Shown here: positions 27,958 through 37,602 of the stretch, one piece after another
Position numbering within the stretch: the stretch's first letter is position 1
Layout: each line of letters begins with the position of its first letter
From: a virus
Taxonomy: Duplodnaviria; Caudoviricetes
Direction: 5' to 3' (one strand)
IMG/VR virus record: IMGVR_UViG_3300037400_002947
Location: 54,999-118,998 of that record
Length of the DNA: 64,000 nucleotides
Notes under the pieces: model-generated
Seen by the model: only the letters and a program-made list of their open reading frames with translations
The model's database searches: none
Told to the model about the DNA's origin: nothing
Program-made: the position numbers and the translations under genes

Positions 27958-29694
27958 ATGACAAAAACAGAAACAATCAACGAAATGATCAAATTCCTCA
28001 GCCGCTACGAGTACGAGGACGGATACAACTACACGCCGACCGAGTACGGCTGCGGTGTCATCTTCGACACCGAGATGCGTAACAAGGGAGCGCTCATCTC
28101 GAAGCTTGAGAAGCATCCGCGCTACAACGGACGCTTCCAGATTGTGCTCGACGAGAGCTTCCACCGCGACGTCGACCGCTGTGCTGTCAATAGATTTAAA
28201 GATTACATCTCGGGTTTCACGGTGAAAAGTTTCCATTACACCTTTGTACAGGGCGAAGTAGTCCGCGTCAAGAGCGAAATCCCCGTCAAACCCAGCAACT
28301 GGGTCGAGCCGATGGATGATTGGGTTGGAAAGGAAGTGGTTACGATTGACGACGGGAATACTTCTGTCCGGTGCAAGCTTGTCGATGACCCTGACACTTC
28401 AACATGGGCAGAGTCATGGTGGTTCCAGATCGACACGCTTGAGCGCCTTGACGGAAGTAGCTATGTTACGGAAAGCGCCGACAAGAAGATAACCAGAGAC
28501 GACTGGTACTTCGTCTGCGACCTCATCGATGATGGGCAGTACCTGTCTCCGGAAATGACCGAGAAGGCAAACGAACGTTTCGACTGGCTCCGTGCGCACT
28601 CCGGTCAGAAAATGAGCCGCATCGTCAAGAAGATCTGCGACCACTTCGGAATCTCGAAGGATGGCGCATGGAATCGGCAGTACACGCGGTTCGCCGACGC
28701 CTGCAATCCGCTCGAAGTTAAGACCTGGACAATTATCTCTTGGCATCCGGTTGACTACTGGGCAATGTCGTTCGGCAATTCGTGGACGTCTTGCCATTCC
28801 GTCGACAAGACCGACCTCAACGGAGTCTACTCAGGCTCTTATCACGGGTGCTATTCCGGCGGAACGGAAAGCTACATGCTCGACCCGTCGTCCGTGGTCG
28901 TCTACGTGGTCGACCGCAGTTACGAAGGGAACGAGTTCGAGCTTCAGCCGAAGGTGCTGCGGCAGATGTTCCACATCGCCGAGGACGGAACGTCCTTTGT
29001 TCAGGGTCGGCTGTATCCGCAGGACAACGACTGCGGCTCGAAAGAGAAGTACGACAAGATGAGAGCCATTATGCAGAGAGTCATCTCTGAATGCTTCGGC
29101 ACCCTGAATTACTGGGACGTCAAGAAGGGAACCAGCACATGCTCCAGAGCAATCTGTTCCTGCGGTGTCCACTACCGTGATTACGAGTACTTCGATAACT
29201 GCACGCTCTCGACCTTAAAGGAAGGATACACCGGAGCCTGCATCACAGTCGGTCACGACCCGATCTGCCCGAACTGCGGCGAAGAGCACGGTGACGAGGA
29301 GTGCGTCCAGTGCTCGGACTGCCGCGAAGAGGGACCGCGCTGTGAAGAGTGCGGCGATCCGGTTGATTTGGACGGAAATGGAATCCGCACCGCCGATGAC
29401 CACTACTTCTGCAGCACATACTGCGCAGAGCGGGCAGGCTATGTCTGGTGCTCTAACGACGAAGAGTGGCACTACAACAACAACGAGGTGTGCTATGACG
29501 ACTGGCTTGGCGAGTATGTCTATGACTACTACGAGGATTTCGTAAGAACGGAAGACGGTCATACATATCTGGATGCGGATAATGCCGAGGCTGACGGGTA
29601 CCGCTACGTCGAAGGAGACGGCTGGTATTATGTGGACGAAGTTAAATGGAACGAAGAAACATGCGAATACGAACTCAGCGAGGAGGTGGCGTAA
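27958..29694 (+). CDS. Large hypothetical protein with Cys-rich repeated C-terminus
   Basis: 578 aa; MSFGNSWTSCH and QGRLYP core; CxxC repeats. Confidence 0.75.
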   Translation: MTKTETINEMIKFLSRYEYEDGYNYTPTEYGCGVIFDTEMRNKGALISKLEKHPRYNGRFQIVLDESFHRDVDRCAVNRFKDYISGFTVKSFHYTFVQGEVVRVKSEIPVKPSNWVEPMDDWVGKEVVTIDDGNTSVRCKLVDDPDTSTWAESWWFQIDTLERLDGSSYVTESADKKITRDDWYFVCDLIDDGQYLSPEMTEKANERFDWLRAHSGQKMSRIVKKICDHFGISKDGAWNRQYTRFADACNPLEVKTWTIISWHPVDYWAMSFGNSWTSCHSVDKTDLNGVYSGSYHGCYSGGTESYMLDPSSVVVYVVDRSYEGNEFELQPKVLRQMFHIAEDGTSFVQGRLYPQDNDCGSKEKYDKMRAIMQRVISECFGTLNYWDVKKGTSTCSRAICSCGVHYRDYEYFDNCTLSTLKEGYTGACITVGHDPICPNCGEEHGDEECVQCSDCREEGPRCEECGDPVDLDGNGIRTADDHYFCSTYCAERAGYVWCSNDEEWHYNNNEVCYDDWLGEYVYDYYEDFVRTEDGHTYLDADNAEADGYRYVEGDGWYYVDEVKWNEETCEYELSEEVA

Positions 29695-30590
29695 TGAAGT
29701 ACAAAAACTTTATCAAACTTTGCAGAATGTCTCAGGAAGAACTGCGGATTCACCTTGCGGAACAGCTTGCGCTATATGGATATCTTCCGGTAATCGGCGA
29801 CGGATTTGTGTACGCAAAGGGAGATGTGTGCGACGTCCTGCTCACAGCGCATCTTGATACCGTCCATCAGGAAAAGCCGAAAGACATCGTGATCAAGAAG
29901 GGAACTATCTCGTCTCCACAGGGAATAGGCGGTGATGACAGATGTGGAATTTACATCATCCTTCGAATCTTAAGCGAAACAGATTACAGACCAAGCATCC
30001 TGTTCTGTGAGGACGAGGAGATCGGCGGCGTAGGCTCGTCGAAGTTCGTAGACTCAGACTACATCACCGACCTGTCGCTTATGAAATTCCTTGTTGAGAT
30101 CGACCGTCATGGAAACAACGATGCGGTGTTCTACTCCTGCGACAATCCGGACTTTACAGACTTCATTCTGGACACGACCGGATACAAAGAGAACTGGGGA
30201 ACGTTTTCTGACATCGGCAACCTGTCTCCGGCGAGCGGTGCGGCCTCGGTGAATCTCTCGTGCGGATATTACAAAGAGCACACAAAGGAAGAGTACGTCG
30301 TTTATGACGAGATGATGCACACGAAGAATGTGGTTGTGAAGCTGCTCAAGGCGGCGAAGTCGTGTGACTTCTTTGAGTACATCGAAGAGGAAATCACATG
30401 GTCGACGAGTCCGAAGACATACGGATACAGCATGGAACAGCAGGTATGGATTATGTATCAGGACGGCGGACAGGATCTTGAGGAGTTCTACACCGGAAGC
30501 AGTATGTACGAGGCGTTCGGGATGTTCTTCTATGACCATCCACACCTCAGATTCAATGACATTCTCGACTACGACGTATATCTCGTATGA
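29694..30590 (+). CDS. M20/M28-family zinc peptidase
   Basis: AHLDTVH, GGDDRCG, DEEIG, IDR, GYYKEHT. Confidence 0.85.
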   Translation: MKYKNFIKLCRMSQEELRIHLAEQLALYGYLPVIGDGFVYAKGDVCDVLLTAHLDTVHQEKPKDIVIKKGTISSPQGIGGDDRCGIYIILRILSETDYRPSILFCEDEEIGGVGSSKFVDSDYITDLSLMKFLVEIDRHGNNDAVFYSCDNPDFTDFILDTTGYKENWGTFSDIGNLSPASGAASVNLSCGYYKEHTKEEYVVYDEMMHTKNVVVKLLKAAKSCDFFEYIEEEITWSTSPKTYGYSMEQQVWIMYQDGGQDLEEFYTGSSMYEAFGMFFYDHPHLRFNDILDYDVYLV

Positions 30591-30976
30591 GAAAGGAGAC
30601 GATGGAAATGATTACGGTTTATTACGAGGAGTACGTAAACGACTATAACCGCCGAAACAAGACAAGAGACTTCCTTACACTTGGCGGGTTTGAAGACTGG
30701 TTCTTCGGGCTGTGTAAGGGAGATTACAAGAGAGACATCTCAGTTCCAGATCCGGAGAGCAAAATCTTCAAGCCAGCGGAGCTTCCATACTCGCTCGATG
30801 TAAACGCAATGTGGACGGATGGATGTTGTTACTGGATTCACATGATTCGCAATAAGGGAATCGTATTCTCCGACGGCAAATATACGAATCGTCAGAAACA
30901 CTGGAACGACGACATGAAGGATATGTGCCGTCGCATGCTTGAGCGGCGTAACAACCCTAAGTTTGACTTCGTATGA
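30587..30976 (+). CDS. Hypothetical protein
   Basis: 129-aa ORF; start may be ATG ~30602. Confidence 0.65.
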   Translation: MRKETMEMITVYYEEYVNDYNRRNKTRDFLTLGGFEDWFFGLCKGDYKRDISVPDPESKIFKPAELPYSLDVNAMWTDGCCYWIHMIRNKGIVFSDGKYTNRQKHWNDDMKDMCRRMLERRNNPKFDFV

Positions 30977-30992
30977 AAGGTGGTGAAGAAGG

Positions 30993-31163
30993 ATGTATGG
31001 AATTACAGGCATTCAGATGAAGGTGATTGACGTTCATGGAACCGATGCTATGGACGTTAATCTCTTTCTTGAAGAGTATGACGGAAACATCATTGACATC
31101 CGGACGGAGCAGATGCTCTATGGTGTAACTCGGTACGTAATTATTTACAAGGCAAAGGAGTGA
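30993..31163 (+). CDS. Small protein, loosely Cse60/DUF2758-like (56 aa, not in ORF track)
   Basis: MKVIDV...VNLFLEE...IIDIR...YVIIYK pattern. Confidence 0.4.
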   Translation: MYGITGIQMKVIDVHGTDAMDVNLFLEEYDGNIIDIRTEQMLYGVTRYVIIYKAKE

Positions 31164-31492
31164 TGCAAATGGCGTACAAGGTAAAAGACCCCTGGTTTGG
31201 TCAGACGATTGATGTGGAGCTTGAAATTGCGGAGTATTGCAGCCCGAGAGGAAGGGTTGCACTCCAGCTTTGGTGCGACGACGGCCCATACGCAACGCTC
31301 TCGGTTAACCTGCCGGACGAGCGGTGCGGCGAGAACGAGTTCTTTGTTGACGTCAACAACTGCCCGTGGGCTTGCGGTTTTCTGGAAGAGAACGGAATCG
31401 CCGAGGATACATACATATTCGGGTTCAGCGGATTCTGCTGTTATCCGAAGTACAAGCTGATCAGAAAGGAGTTAGAAGAAGATGGACGATGA
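31163..31492 (+). CDS. DUF4313-like protein
   Basis: GPYATLSVNL, FVDVNN, FLEENGIA, SGFCCYP. Confidence 0.7.
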   Translation: MQMAYKVKDPWFGQTIDVELEIAEYCSPRGRVALQLWCDDGPYATLSVNLPDERCGENEFFVDVNNCPWACGFLEENGIAEDTYIFGFSGFCCYPKYKLIRKELEEDGR

Positions 31493-31664
31493 AAGGAAGG
31501 TCGCAATCGTAATGGCTTTGATTGCCATTGGTTTTGTTGCACTAATCATAATTGCTTACATGTGCGACAAAGGAACTGGAGCGGCGTACGAACAGAATCC
31601 GGCACAATGGGTTTCTAATCCGTCTAATCCTGCAAGTCCACTGTATTGGTTATTGTTTGGTTAA
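31482..31664 (+). CDS. Small membrane protein
   Basis: One transmembrane helix; C-terminal NPSNPASPLYW. Confidence 0.6.
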   Translation: MDDERKVAIVMALIAIGFVALIIIAYMCDKGTGAAYEQNPAQWVSNPSNPASPLYWLLFG

Positions 31665-31685
31665 TTGTTTGAAAGGAGAACTGAT

Positions 31686-32216
31686 ATGGAAATCACAAAA
31701 GAATTCATCTACAAAAACGCAACCATCGGCTTTCAGCGCGCAACGGAGAACGACTTGGTTAAGCGCCAGACTGACTTTGACGGAATCGAGCAGTACATCT
31801 GGGTTCTCGTTGACAGCACGAAATCATTCAAGCTGAATCGCTCCACACTTGACGCTCTCGGTCTCGACGAAATGGAACTGTGGGATGCCGCAGAGCGCAG
31901 CCTGCTTGGGTCTACAACCGTAATGACAATGCAGGATGCCATTGGTGCGCCTTCTGGACCCATGCCGATGTTTGTCGTAACTACTCATCTTGGCTATCGC
32001 GGAGCCGCCGCTGTTCTCGACACAGAAATGCTGAGGGGTAGACTTGGTAAAGGTAAATATGTAATGTTACCGTCTTCGATTCACGAAGTCATTCTCGTGC
32101 CGTACGAAAGCGATACGAATCTTAACGCTCTCAAAGAAATGGTTATGAGCATCAACGCTTCAATGGTTGACGGCGAGGAACAGCTTGGAAACGAAGCGTA
32201 TTTGATTGAACTCTAA
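31686..32216 (+). CDS. DUF5688-like protein
   Basis: GAAAVL...LPSSIHEVILVP...MVMSIN. Confidence 0.7.
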   Translation: MEITKEFIYKNATIGFQRATENDLVKRQTDFDGIEQYIWVLVDSTKSFKLNRSTLDALGLDEMELWDAAERSLLGSTTVMTMQDAIGAPSGPMPMFVVTTHLGYRGAAAVLDTEMLRGRLGKGKYVMLPSSIHEVILVPYESDTNLNALKEMVMSINASMVDGEEQLGNEAYLIEL

Positions 32217-32454
32217 TCGAAAGGAGTTTGTAGCATGAAATTATTAATGGCATTGTCCAATCCGCATCAGATTGGATCTCTCGTCGAAATAGACGAGGAA
32301 GGCAAAATCACAGTAACTAGGACGATTATTTGCGACGGAACGCTCGCCGCAATGAAGGTAGGGAAATCATGGCGAGAGGTATCAGCGTAAGAAATCACAT
32401 CAAATTACAACAGTAATTATCGTGATTTGAAAAATTCTAAAGGAGATATAAGAC

Positions 32455-33141
32455 ATGGGTTGGAAGGAGAAGTACAACGAAGTGTTCCTGTCGGGCAATT
32501 ATCACGGCAGAAAGGAAAAGATTGTGAGGCTCGCACAGCTTAACTACCGCCACAATAGAGCGGATCCGAAAGTATACGCATTGTGCGAAGCACTTGAACA
32601 GTATGAGGCAATGAGCGGCGACTGGCTTGACCCGACCGCAGATGAACTTGATGAGATGCTTATGGAAGTCTATTAATCAACGGAAAGGAAAATAACTTAT
32701 GACAATCGATCTGAAGAAAATGTATGAAGCTTTCGGCGAAAACCTTGCGTACGGCATGATTGAGAACGGCGGTGACTATCTCGATCTCTACAATGAAGCC
32801 GGAGAACTGGTCGCAATGGACGGAGACGAGGTTGACATCTGGCGGTGCGACGACAAGAAAATCATCCTCGAAAACATGTTTGACGGAAAGCATTTCGCCA
32901 TCAGTGCCGATGAGTTCGGTGCGTCGGTATTTGCGTAATGCGTACCGTAATCGCAAGGTGGTTGGTAAGCTTGGCGAAAAAGAACTCGCTGGGCGGAAAG
33001 TTCTATGTAGCATTCGAAGTTGTTGCGCAGAAATTCGGAAAACCCAAGTCATGGGTAAAGGCAAATGCCAAAAAGATAGTCGCCGAGTGCGGAGTAACTG
33101 CGGATGTTAGCGAAAACGATTTTGAAATAATAGTGAGGTAA
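32455..33141 (+). other. Three small hypothetical CDS (32455-32676, 32699-32938, 32938-33141)
   Basis: Consecutive plus-strand ORFs with RBS or translational coupling. Confidence 0.6.
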
Positions 33142-33146
33142 AGCGA

Positions 33147-33671
33147 ATGGGAATGATTGATATTCAGAAACTGAATGCAGAAGTTGAGCAGATGATTGCG
33201 AGCCAGCAGAAGGAAATCGAAGCGTACAAGTCAGCCGCTCTTGTTGCAAGAGAAGAAAAATTCTACAAGTTTATAAGCGACATGGCAAAGTACTCCGCTG
33301 ATGCGAAAACAATTTCAGGAGTTGGAAGCATCTTCGTAGGATCTTACGACGATGGATATGGAAGCATGCGTGGCTACGATGTCAACTTCAGGAAGCGAAA
33401 CGGTCGGATTGTGTTCTCGTACTCGACGACATTAGGAGACACTTATGACCACTTCTCTGTAGGTTATGCGGCAAACTACAAAGAGGTAATTGGCGGACAC
33501 GCAAGGATTATTGATAACATTGTCGACTGGTACATAAATAATCCGGATGTATTCCGTCAACGCTTTGAAGAAGCATGTATCAAAGCCATTAAGGCAAAAG
33601 CAGAGAAGGCAAATGCGGCGTATGCTGCGGCGAAAGGAGAGTATGAGAGGGCGACACATTCCAATCAGTAA
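33147..33671 (+). CDS. Hypothetical protein
   Basis: 174 aa, GAGGT RBS. Confidence 0.7.
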   Translation: MGMIDIQKLNAEVEQMIASQQKEIEAYKSAALVAREEKFYKFISDMAKYSADAKTISGVGSIFVGSYDDGYGSMRGYDVNFRKRNGRIVFSYSTTLGDTYDHFSVGYAANYKEVIGGHARIIDNIVDWYINNPDVFRQRFEEACIKAIKAKAEKANAAYAAAKGEYERATHSNQ

Positions 33672-33846
33672 CTGTATATGTCCGACGTGCGGAAGCGCTT
33701 TCCCGATTCCGAGAAGGCCAGGAAGAGCAAGGGAACGGAATCATCTCAAGCGACTGTACTGTCCGTTTTGCGGAGTAGTGCAGAATATGACTGAGATTAG
33801 GGAAAATGATTTCACATTAGGATGCAAATATAACAGAAAGGCGTAA
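33643..33846 (+). CDS. Zn-ribbon protein resembling ribosomal protein bL33
   Basis: ATG 33643 after AAGGAG; CPTC...basic loop...LKRLYCPFC...MTEIR. Confidence 0.5.
   Translation: MRGRHIPISNCICPTCGSAFPIPRRPGRARERNHLKRLYCPFCGVVQNMTEIRENDFTLGCKYNRKA
33821..33836 (+). promoter_or_regulatory. Repeated motif GATGCAAATATAACAG (putative operator)
   Basis: Identical at 34517 and 48521, 15/16 at 35830; variants at 19067(-), 24935, 25630, 27923, 46005. Confidence 0.7.
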
Positions 33847-33847
33847 T

Positions 33848-34546
33848 ATGAAAGTATTAGTAGCATGCGAAGAATCACAACGTGTGGCAAAAGCATTTAG
33901 AGAACTTGGTCAAGAGGCGTACAGTTGCGATATTCAAGAGCCGTCTGGAGAAATGCCGGAGATACACATCATGCATGATGTACTTCCTTATATCAACGGA
34001 AACTGTGTTTTTAAGACCATGGATGGAGTTGAACATCGCATTGATAAAAAATGGGATTTAATTGTTGCGCATCCTAGCTGTCAATACCTCACGTCGTCGG
34101 GAAATCGTTGGTTCAACGTTGAGCGGTACGGAGACAAGGCAAGGGAAAGGATGAAGAGACGCGACGAAGCCGCCGAATTCTTTATGAAGATTGCCAACGC
34201 AGATTGCGACCATATTGCAATCGAGAATCCGTCCGGATTCATGTCGAGCATCTGGCGCAAACCGGATCAGACGATTCAGCCGTGGATGTTCGGCGACCCG
34301 TTCGAGAAGCGAACCTGCCTGTGGCTGAAAAATCTGCCGCAGCTTGTTCCGACCGACATTGTTGAACCGCCGCCAAGACAGGTTCTGTCGTCGGGGAAAA
34401 CGATGCCGCGATGGTATTCAAACTGTGGCGGTGACCGTCCGAAGGCAAGGAGCAAAACCTTCCCTGGAATTGCGAAGGCAATCGCAACACAGTGGACGAA
34501 TTTTTTATTAACAAAGGATGCAAATATAACAGAGGAGTATAAATAA
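33848..34546 (+). CDS. Short phage DNA cytosine methyltransferase-like protein
   Basis: MKVLVACEES, YSCDI, AHPSCQYL, IENP, KRTCLWL, RSKTFPGIA. Confidence 0.75.
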   Translation: MKVLVACEESQRVAKAFRELGQEAYSCDIQEPSGEMPEIHIMHDVLPYINGNCVFKTMDGVEHRIDKKWDLIVAHPSCQYLTSSGNRWFNVERYGDKARERMKRRDEAAEFFMKIANADCDHIAIENPSGFMSSIWRKPDQTIQPWMFGDPFEKRTCLWLKNLPQLVPTDIVEPPPRQVLSSGKTMPRWYSNCGGDRPKARSKTFPGIAKAIATQWTNFLLTKDANITEEYK

Positions 34547-35016
34547 TGCCGAGAAGATCAAGTATTGTAATTGGGGATGTATATGGAAGCCTGACGGTAG
34601 AAAAAGACCTTGGTCTTAGAAGAGGGAAGAACGGGAGAAACGCCCGTTACTTCCTCTGCCGATGCAAGTGCGGAAACTCAACGGAAGTTAGGGGAGAAAA
34701 TCTGAAGAGTGGAAACACGAAGTCATGCGGATGCAGTTACAAAGAAGACAAAATCTATGACTGCATTGCCGGAATCGACGACGCATACGACAGACTGCGG
34801 TATGCGATTGTGATTGACGCAATCGAAACGGCGAAATCTGCAACGAAAAAACTTGACGACATCAAATCGGGAAAGCGAAAGCTGAAGTACAAGGATCAGG
34901 CCGTTGAAGAATGTAAGGAAAGCATCGACGAAGCAATACGCTTTATCAAGAGCGACTGGTTCGCCGAGCTTTGCGATATAGATGCAGACACAATCATTAG
35001 AAGAATAGGAGCGTGA
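34546..35016 (+). CDS. Chimeric protein: homing-endonuclease-type Zn module plus helical phage domain
   Basis: YGSLTV...LCRCKCGN...LKSGNTKSCGC, then FIKSDWFAELCDID; no nuclease motif. Confidence 0.6.
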   Translation: MPRRSSIVIGDVYGSLTVEKDLGLRRGKNGRNARYFLCRCKCGNSTEVRGENLKSGNTKSCGCSYKEDKIYDCIAGIDDAYDRLRYAIVIDAIETAKSATKKLDDIKSGKRKLKYKDQAVEECKESIDEAIRFIKSDWFAELCDIDADTIIRRIGA

Positions 35017-35891
35017 TAAGAATGAAGGGAACTGAATTCAAGTTCAAAGGTATGACATTCATCACCGGGATCAGCGTGAAATTCGACAGAGATCTTAAAA
35101 GGGTTGTTGAACTTCTTTCAAACGGCGAGCCGAATGCAAAAGAAAGATTGGAACTTCTTTCAATCTACCATGTCGCGTTTCACGACGACGGAAAGATCGA
35201 AGGGATTTCATCCTGCGATTCTTCCTGCACGAACTGCGAATTCTGCCAGAGCATGCTGAAGGCAGCCGAGGGTGATATGTCTATCATCTGTGCGCTCTGC
35301 TACGACAAGGCGCAGGAAGCGTACAAGATCCACGGGCGTAATCGGCACAGCCTTGACATGCTGATTATGTCTTCGGTCGAGTTTACGGAAAGCGAACTCG
35401 CCCGAATTCCTCTTACGGGAATCACTCGAATTAATTCATCGGGTGACACGCCGAATCTTACATACGCAAGAAACATGATTAAGCTTGCCAAGGTAAACGG
35501 CTGGGTTCATGTAGGCTACTGGGCTAAGAACACCGGCCCTGTCGTCAGAGCTTGCGACGAACTTGGCAAGCCGTCAAACCTCGTGTTGATTCAGTCGAGC
35601 GTTCACATCGGCAAGCCTGCAAAGCTGTGCAAATACTTCGATTACACATTCACGGTGTATCCGGATGACGAGACGACGGAAGCGGCGATTCGTTCAGGCT
35701 CGGCAGAGTGTAACGGAAAGAAGTGTAGAGAGTGCGGCTTCAAGTGCTACTACGGAACGCATCTGTCGACGGACATCGCAGAGGTACTGCGCGGAGTCAA
35801 CAAGACAAAACGTAAAGCCATAATTGAAGCATGCAAATATAACAGAAAGGAGAACGCATGCAGAGATTTACATCAGCAAATACCAGCGTGA
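35013..35891 (+). CDS. GP88-like Cys-rich protein
   Basis: C..C..C...CALCY, RINSSGD, YWAKN, terminal CNGKKCRECGFKCY. Confidence 0.6.
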   Translation: MIRMKGTEFKFKGMTFITGISVKFDRDLKRVVELLSNGEPNAKERLELLSIYHVAFHDDGKIEGISSCDSSCTNCEFCQSMLKAAEGDMSIICALCYDKAQEAYKIHGRNRHSLDMLIMSSVEFTESELARIPLTGITRINSSGDTPNLTYARNMIKLAKVNGWVHVGYWAKNTGPVVRACDELGKPSNLVLIQSSVHIGKPAKLCKYFDYTFTVYPDDETTEAAIRSGSAECNGKKCRECGFKCYYGTHLSTDIAEVLRGVNKTKRKAIIEACKYNRKENACRDLHQQIPA

Positions 35892-36334
35892 ACAGCGGCA
35901 GGATGCCGAAGATTTATTCTCTGGCGTCCGACCTTATCAAAGGCAAATCAGTGATCGACTACGGTTGCGGAAAGTACTTTGACAACTACGTCGGAAATGT
36001 CGACTGCGACCTGCACGGATACGACAAGTACAACCGACCGGATGAGAACGAAATCGAGGGCGAGTACGACATCGCTCTTTGCTCGAATGTGCTGAATGTA
36101 ATCGCCGAAAGAGACGAACGCATCAAGGTTTTAAGGGAACTCAAGCGGCTTGCACCGAAGGTGTTGATAACCGTCTACGAGGGTGACCGGAGCGGAAACG
36201 GAAGAGAAACAAAGGCAGATTGCTACCAGCTTAACCGAAACGCAAGCGAATACAATCCTGAGATTTCTCAGGTGTTCGAAAAGGTCACATGGTCGCGCAA
36301 AAGATTTTGGATTTGTGAGAGGAGAACTGCTTAA
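35858..36334 (+). CDS. Small class I SAM-dependent methyltransferase
   Basis: IDYGCGK, GYDKY, CSNVLNVI. Confidence 0.8.
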   Translation: MQRFTSANTSVNSGRMPKIYSLASDLIKGKSVIDYGCGKYFDNYVGNVDCDLHGYDKYNRPDENEIEGEYDIALCSNVLNVIAERDERIKVLRELKRLAPKVLITVYEGDRSGNGRETKADCYQLNRNASEYNPEISQVFEKVTWSRKRFWICERRTA

Positions 36335-37602
36335 TGAAAGTACTTGAGTTATTCGCCGGAACAAGATCGATAGGGAAAGCGTTTGAGGCGAGAGGGCACG
36401 AAGTCTTCTCGGTCGAATGGAACAAAGACTTCGAAAACATCGACCTGTATGCAGATATTGGTCAGCTTCCAGCAAGCGAAATCATCGAGAAGTTCGGACA
36501 TCCGGACGTTATCTGGGCATCACCAGACTGCACGTCTTATTCGGTTGCGGCAATCAGTAAGCACCGCAGAAAGAATCCTGTTACCGGATCTCTCGACCCG
36601 ATCAGTGATTACGCAAAGTTCTGCGACAAGGTAAATCAGCATGTGCTCGAACTGATTCGAGAATTGAAGCCGACCTACTGGTTCATCGAGAATCCTCGTG
36701 GCGGTATGCGGAAAATGGAGTGGATGCAAGGGTTGCCGAGATATACGGTTACTTACAACAATTATGACAAACTATACGAAAGAGAGATACTAAATAATAT
36801 GCAAGAGAAGAAATGTCCACAATGTGGACTTATTAAACCGCTTGATCAGTTTTATAAGAACTCGCATAGGAAGGACGGCCTTACGACATATTGTAAAGAG
36901 TGTATAGCACACAACAGTCACGATTATTATGTCAGAAACAAAGAGGAGTGCAGAGATAGACTTAACAAATGGAGAGCGGAAAATAGAGAGCGTGTTAGAG
37001 AGCGAGATAAGAAATATAGGGAGGAAAACCCTGAAGTAGAGTTTAAGAAACAGCAAAGATACAGGGAGACCCATAAAGAACAACTGTATTTAAAAGGAAA
37101 AAGGTATCGCGAAGAAAACAAAGAATATTTTTATGACAAGATGAAAGAAAGAAAGGAACAGATAGCGAAGGTTGACGATGGCACCGTAACGAAAGAGTTT
37201 AAACAGTATCTTTTCGATGAACAGGATGGCAAGTGTGCATATTGTGGCTGTGATTTAAACGAAAGCGGAAAACACATCGACCACATCATCCCTATTTCTC
37301 GTGGAGGAAAACATACAGCAAATAATGTTCAGTGGACATGCCCTACGTGTAATCTTTCGAAAGGAGACAAGTTGGAAGAAGAGTGGCTTGTAATGGGACG
37401 TCTTAAACCTACCGACCTGTGGACCAATCATCCTGACCCGAAGTTCTTGCCGCCGAGCAAGAACGGAGATCCTGACCACGTTGCTGCGCCAAGAGGTGCG
37501 AGAACAGGAACCCAGGGGTTAAAGGGAAGTGTCGAGCGGTCGAAGATTCCGGTGCTTCTGTGTGAACACATTGTAGATATATGCGAGGAGGGATGCAAAT
37601 GA
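36334..37602 (+). CDS. DNA cytosine methyltransferase with in-frame HNH endonuclease insertion
   Basis: ELFAGT, ASPDCTSYS, IENPRG, then the insert, then KPTDLWTN...ERSKIP. Confidence 0.85.
   Translation: MKVLELFAGTRSIGKAFEARGHEVFSVEWNKDFENIDLYADIGQLPASEIIEKFGHPDVIWASPDCTSYSVAAISKHRRKNPVTGSLDPISDYAKFCDKVNQHVLELIRELKPTYWFIENPRGGMRKMEWMQGLPRYTVTYNNYDKLYEREILNNMQEKKCPQCGLIKPLDQFYKNSHRKDGLTTYCKECIAHNSHDYYVRNKEECRDRLNKWRAENRERVRERDKKYREENPEVEFKKQQRYRETHKEQLYLKGKRYREENKEYFYDKMKERKEQIAKVDDGTVTKEFKQYLFDEQDGKCAYCGCDLNESGKHIDHIIPISRGGKHTANNVQWTCPTCNLSKGDKLEEEWLVMGRLKPTDLWTNHPDPKFLPPSKNGDPDHVAAPRGARTGTQGLKGSVERSKIPVLLCEHIVDICEEGCK
36769..37395 (+). mobile_element. HNH endonuclease insert inside the methyltransferase ORF
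   Basis: Visibly A/T-richer than its flanks; Zn finger CPQC..YCKEC; CAYC...HIDHIIPISRGG.H..NN...CPTCNLSKG. Confidence 0.85.

Noticed and set aside
36757-37395. Group I intron or intein as the carrier of the HNH insert
   Set aside because: The insert is open in frame throughout, with no non-coding core and no intein terminal residues.
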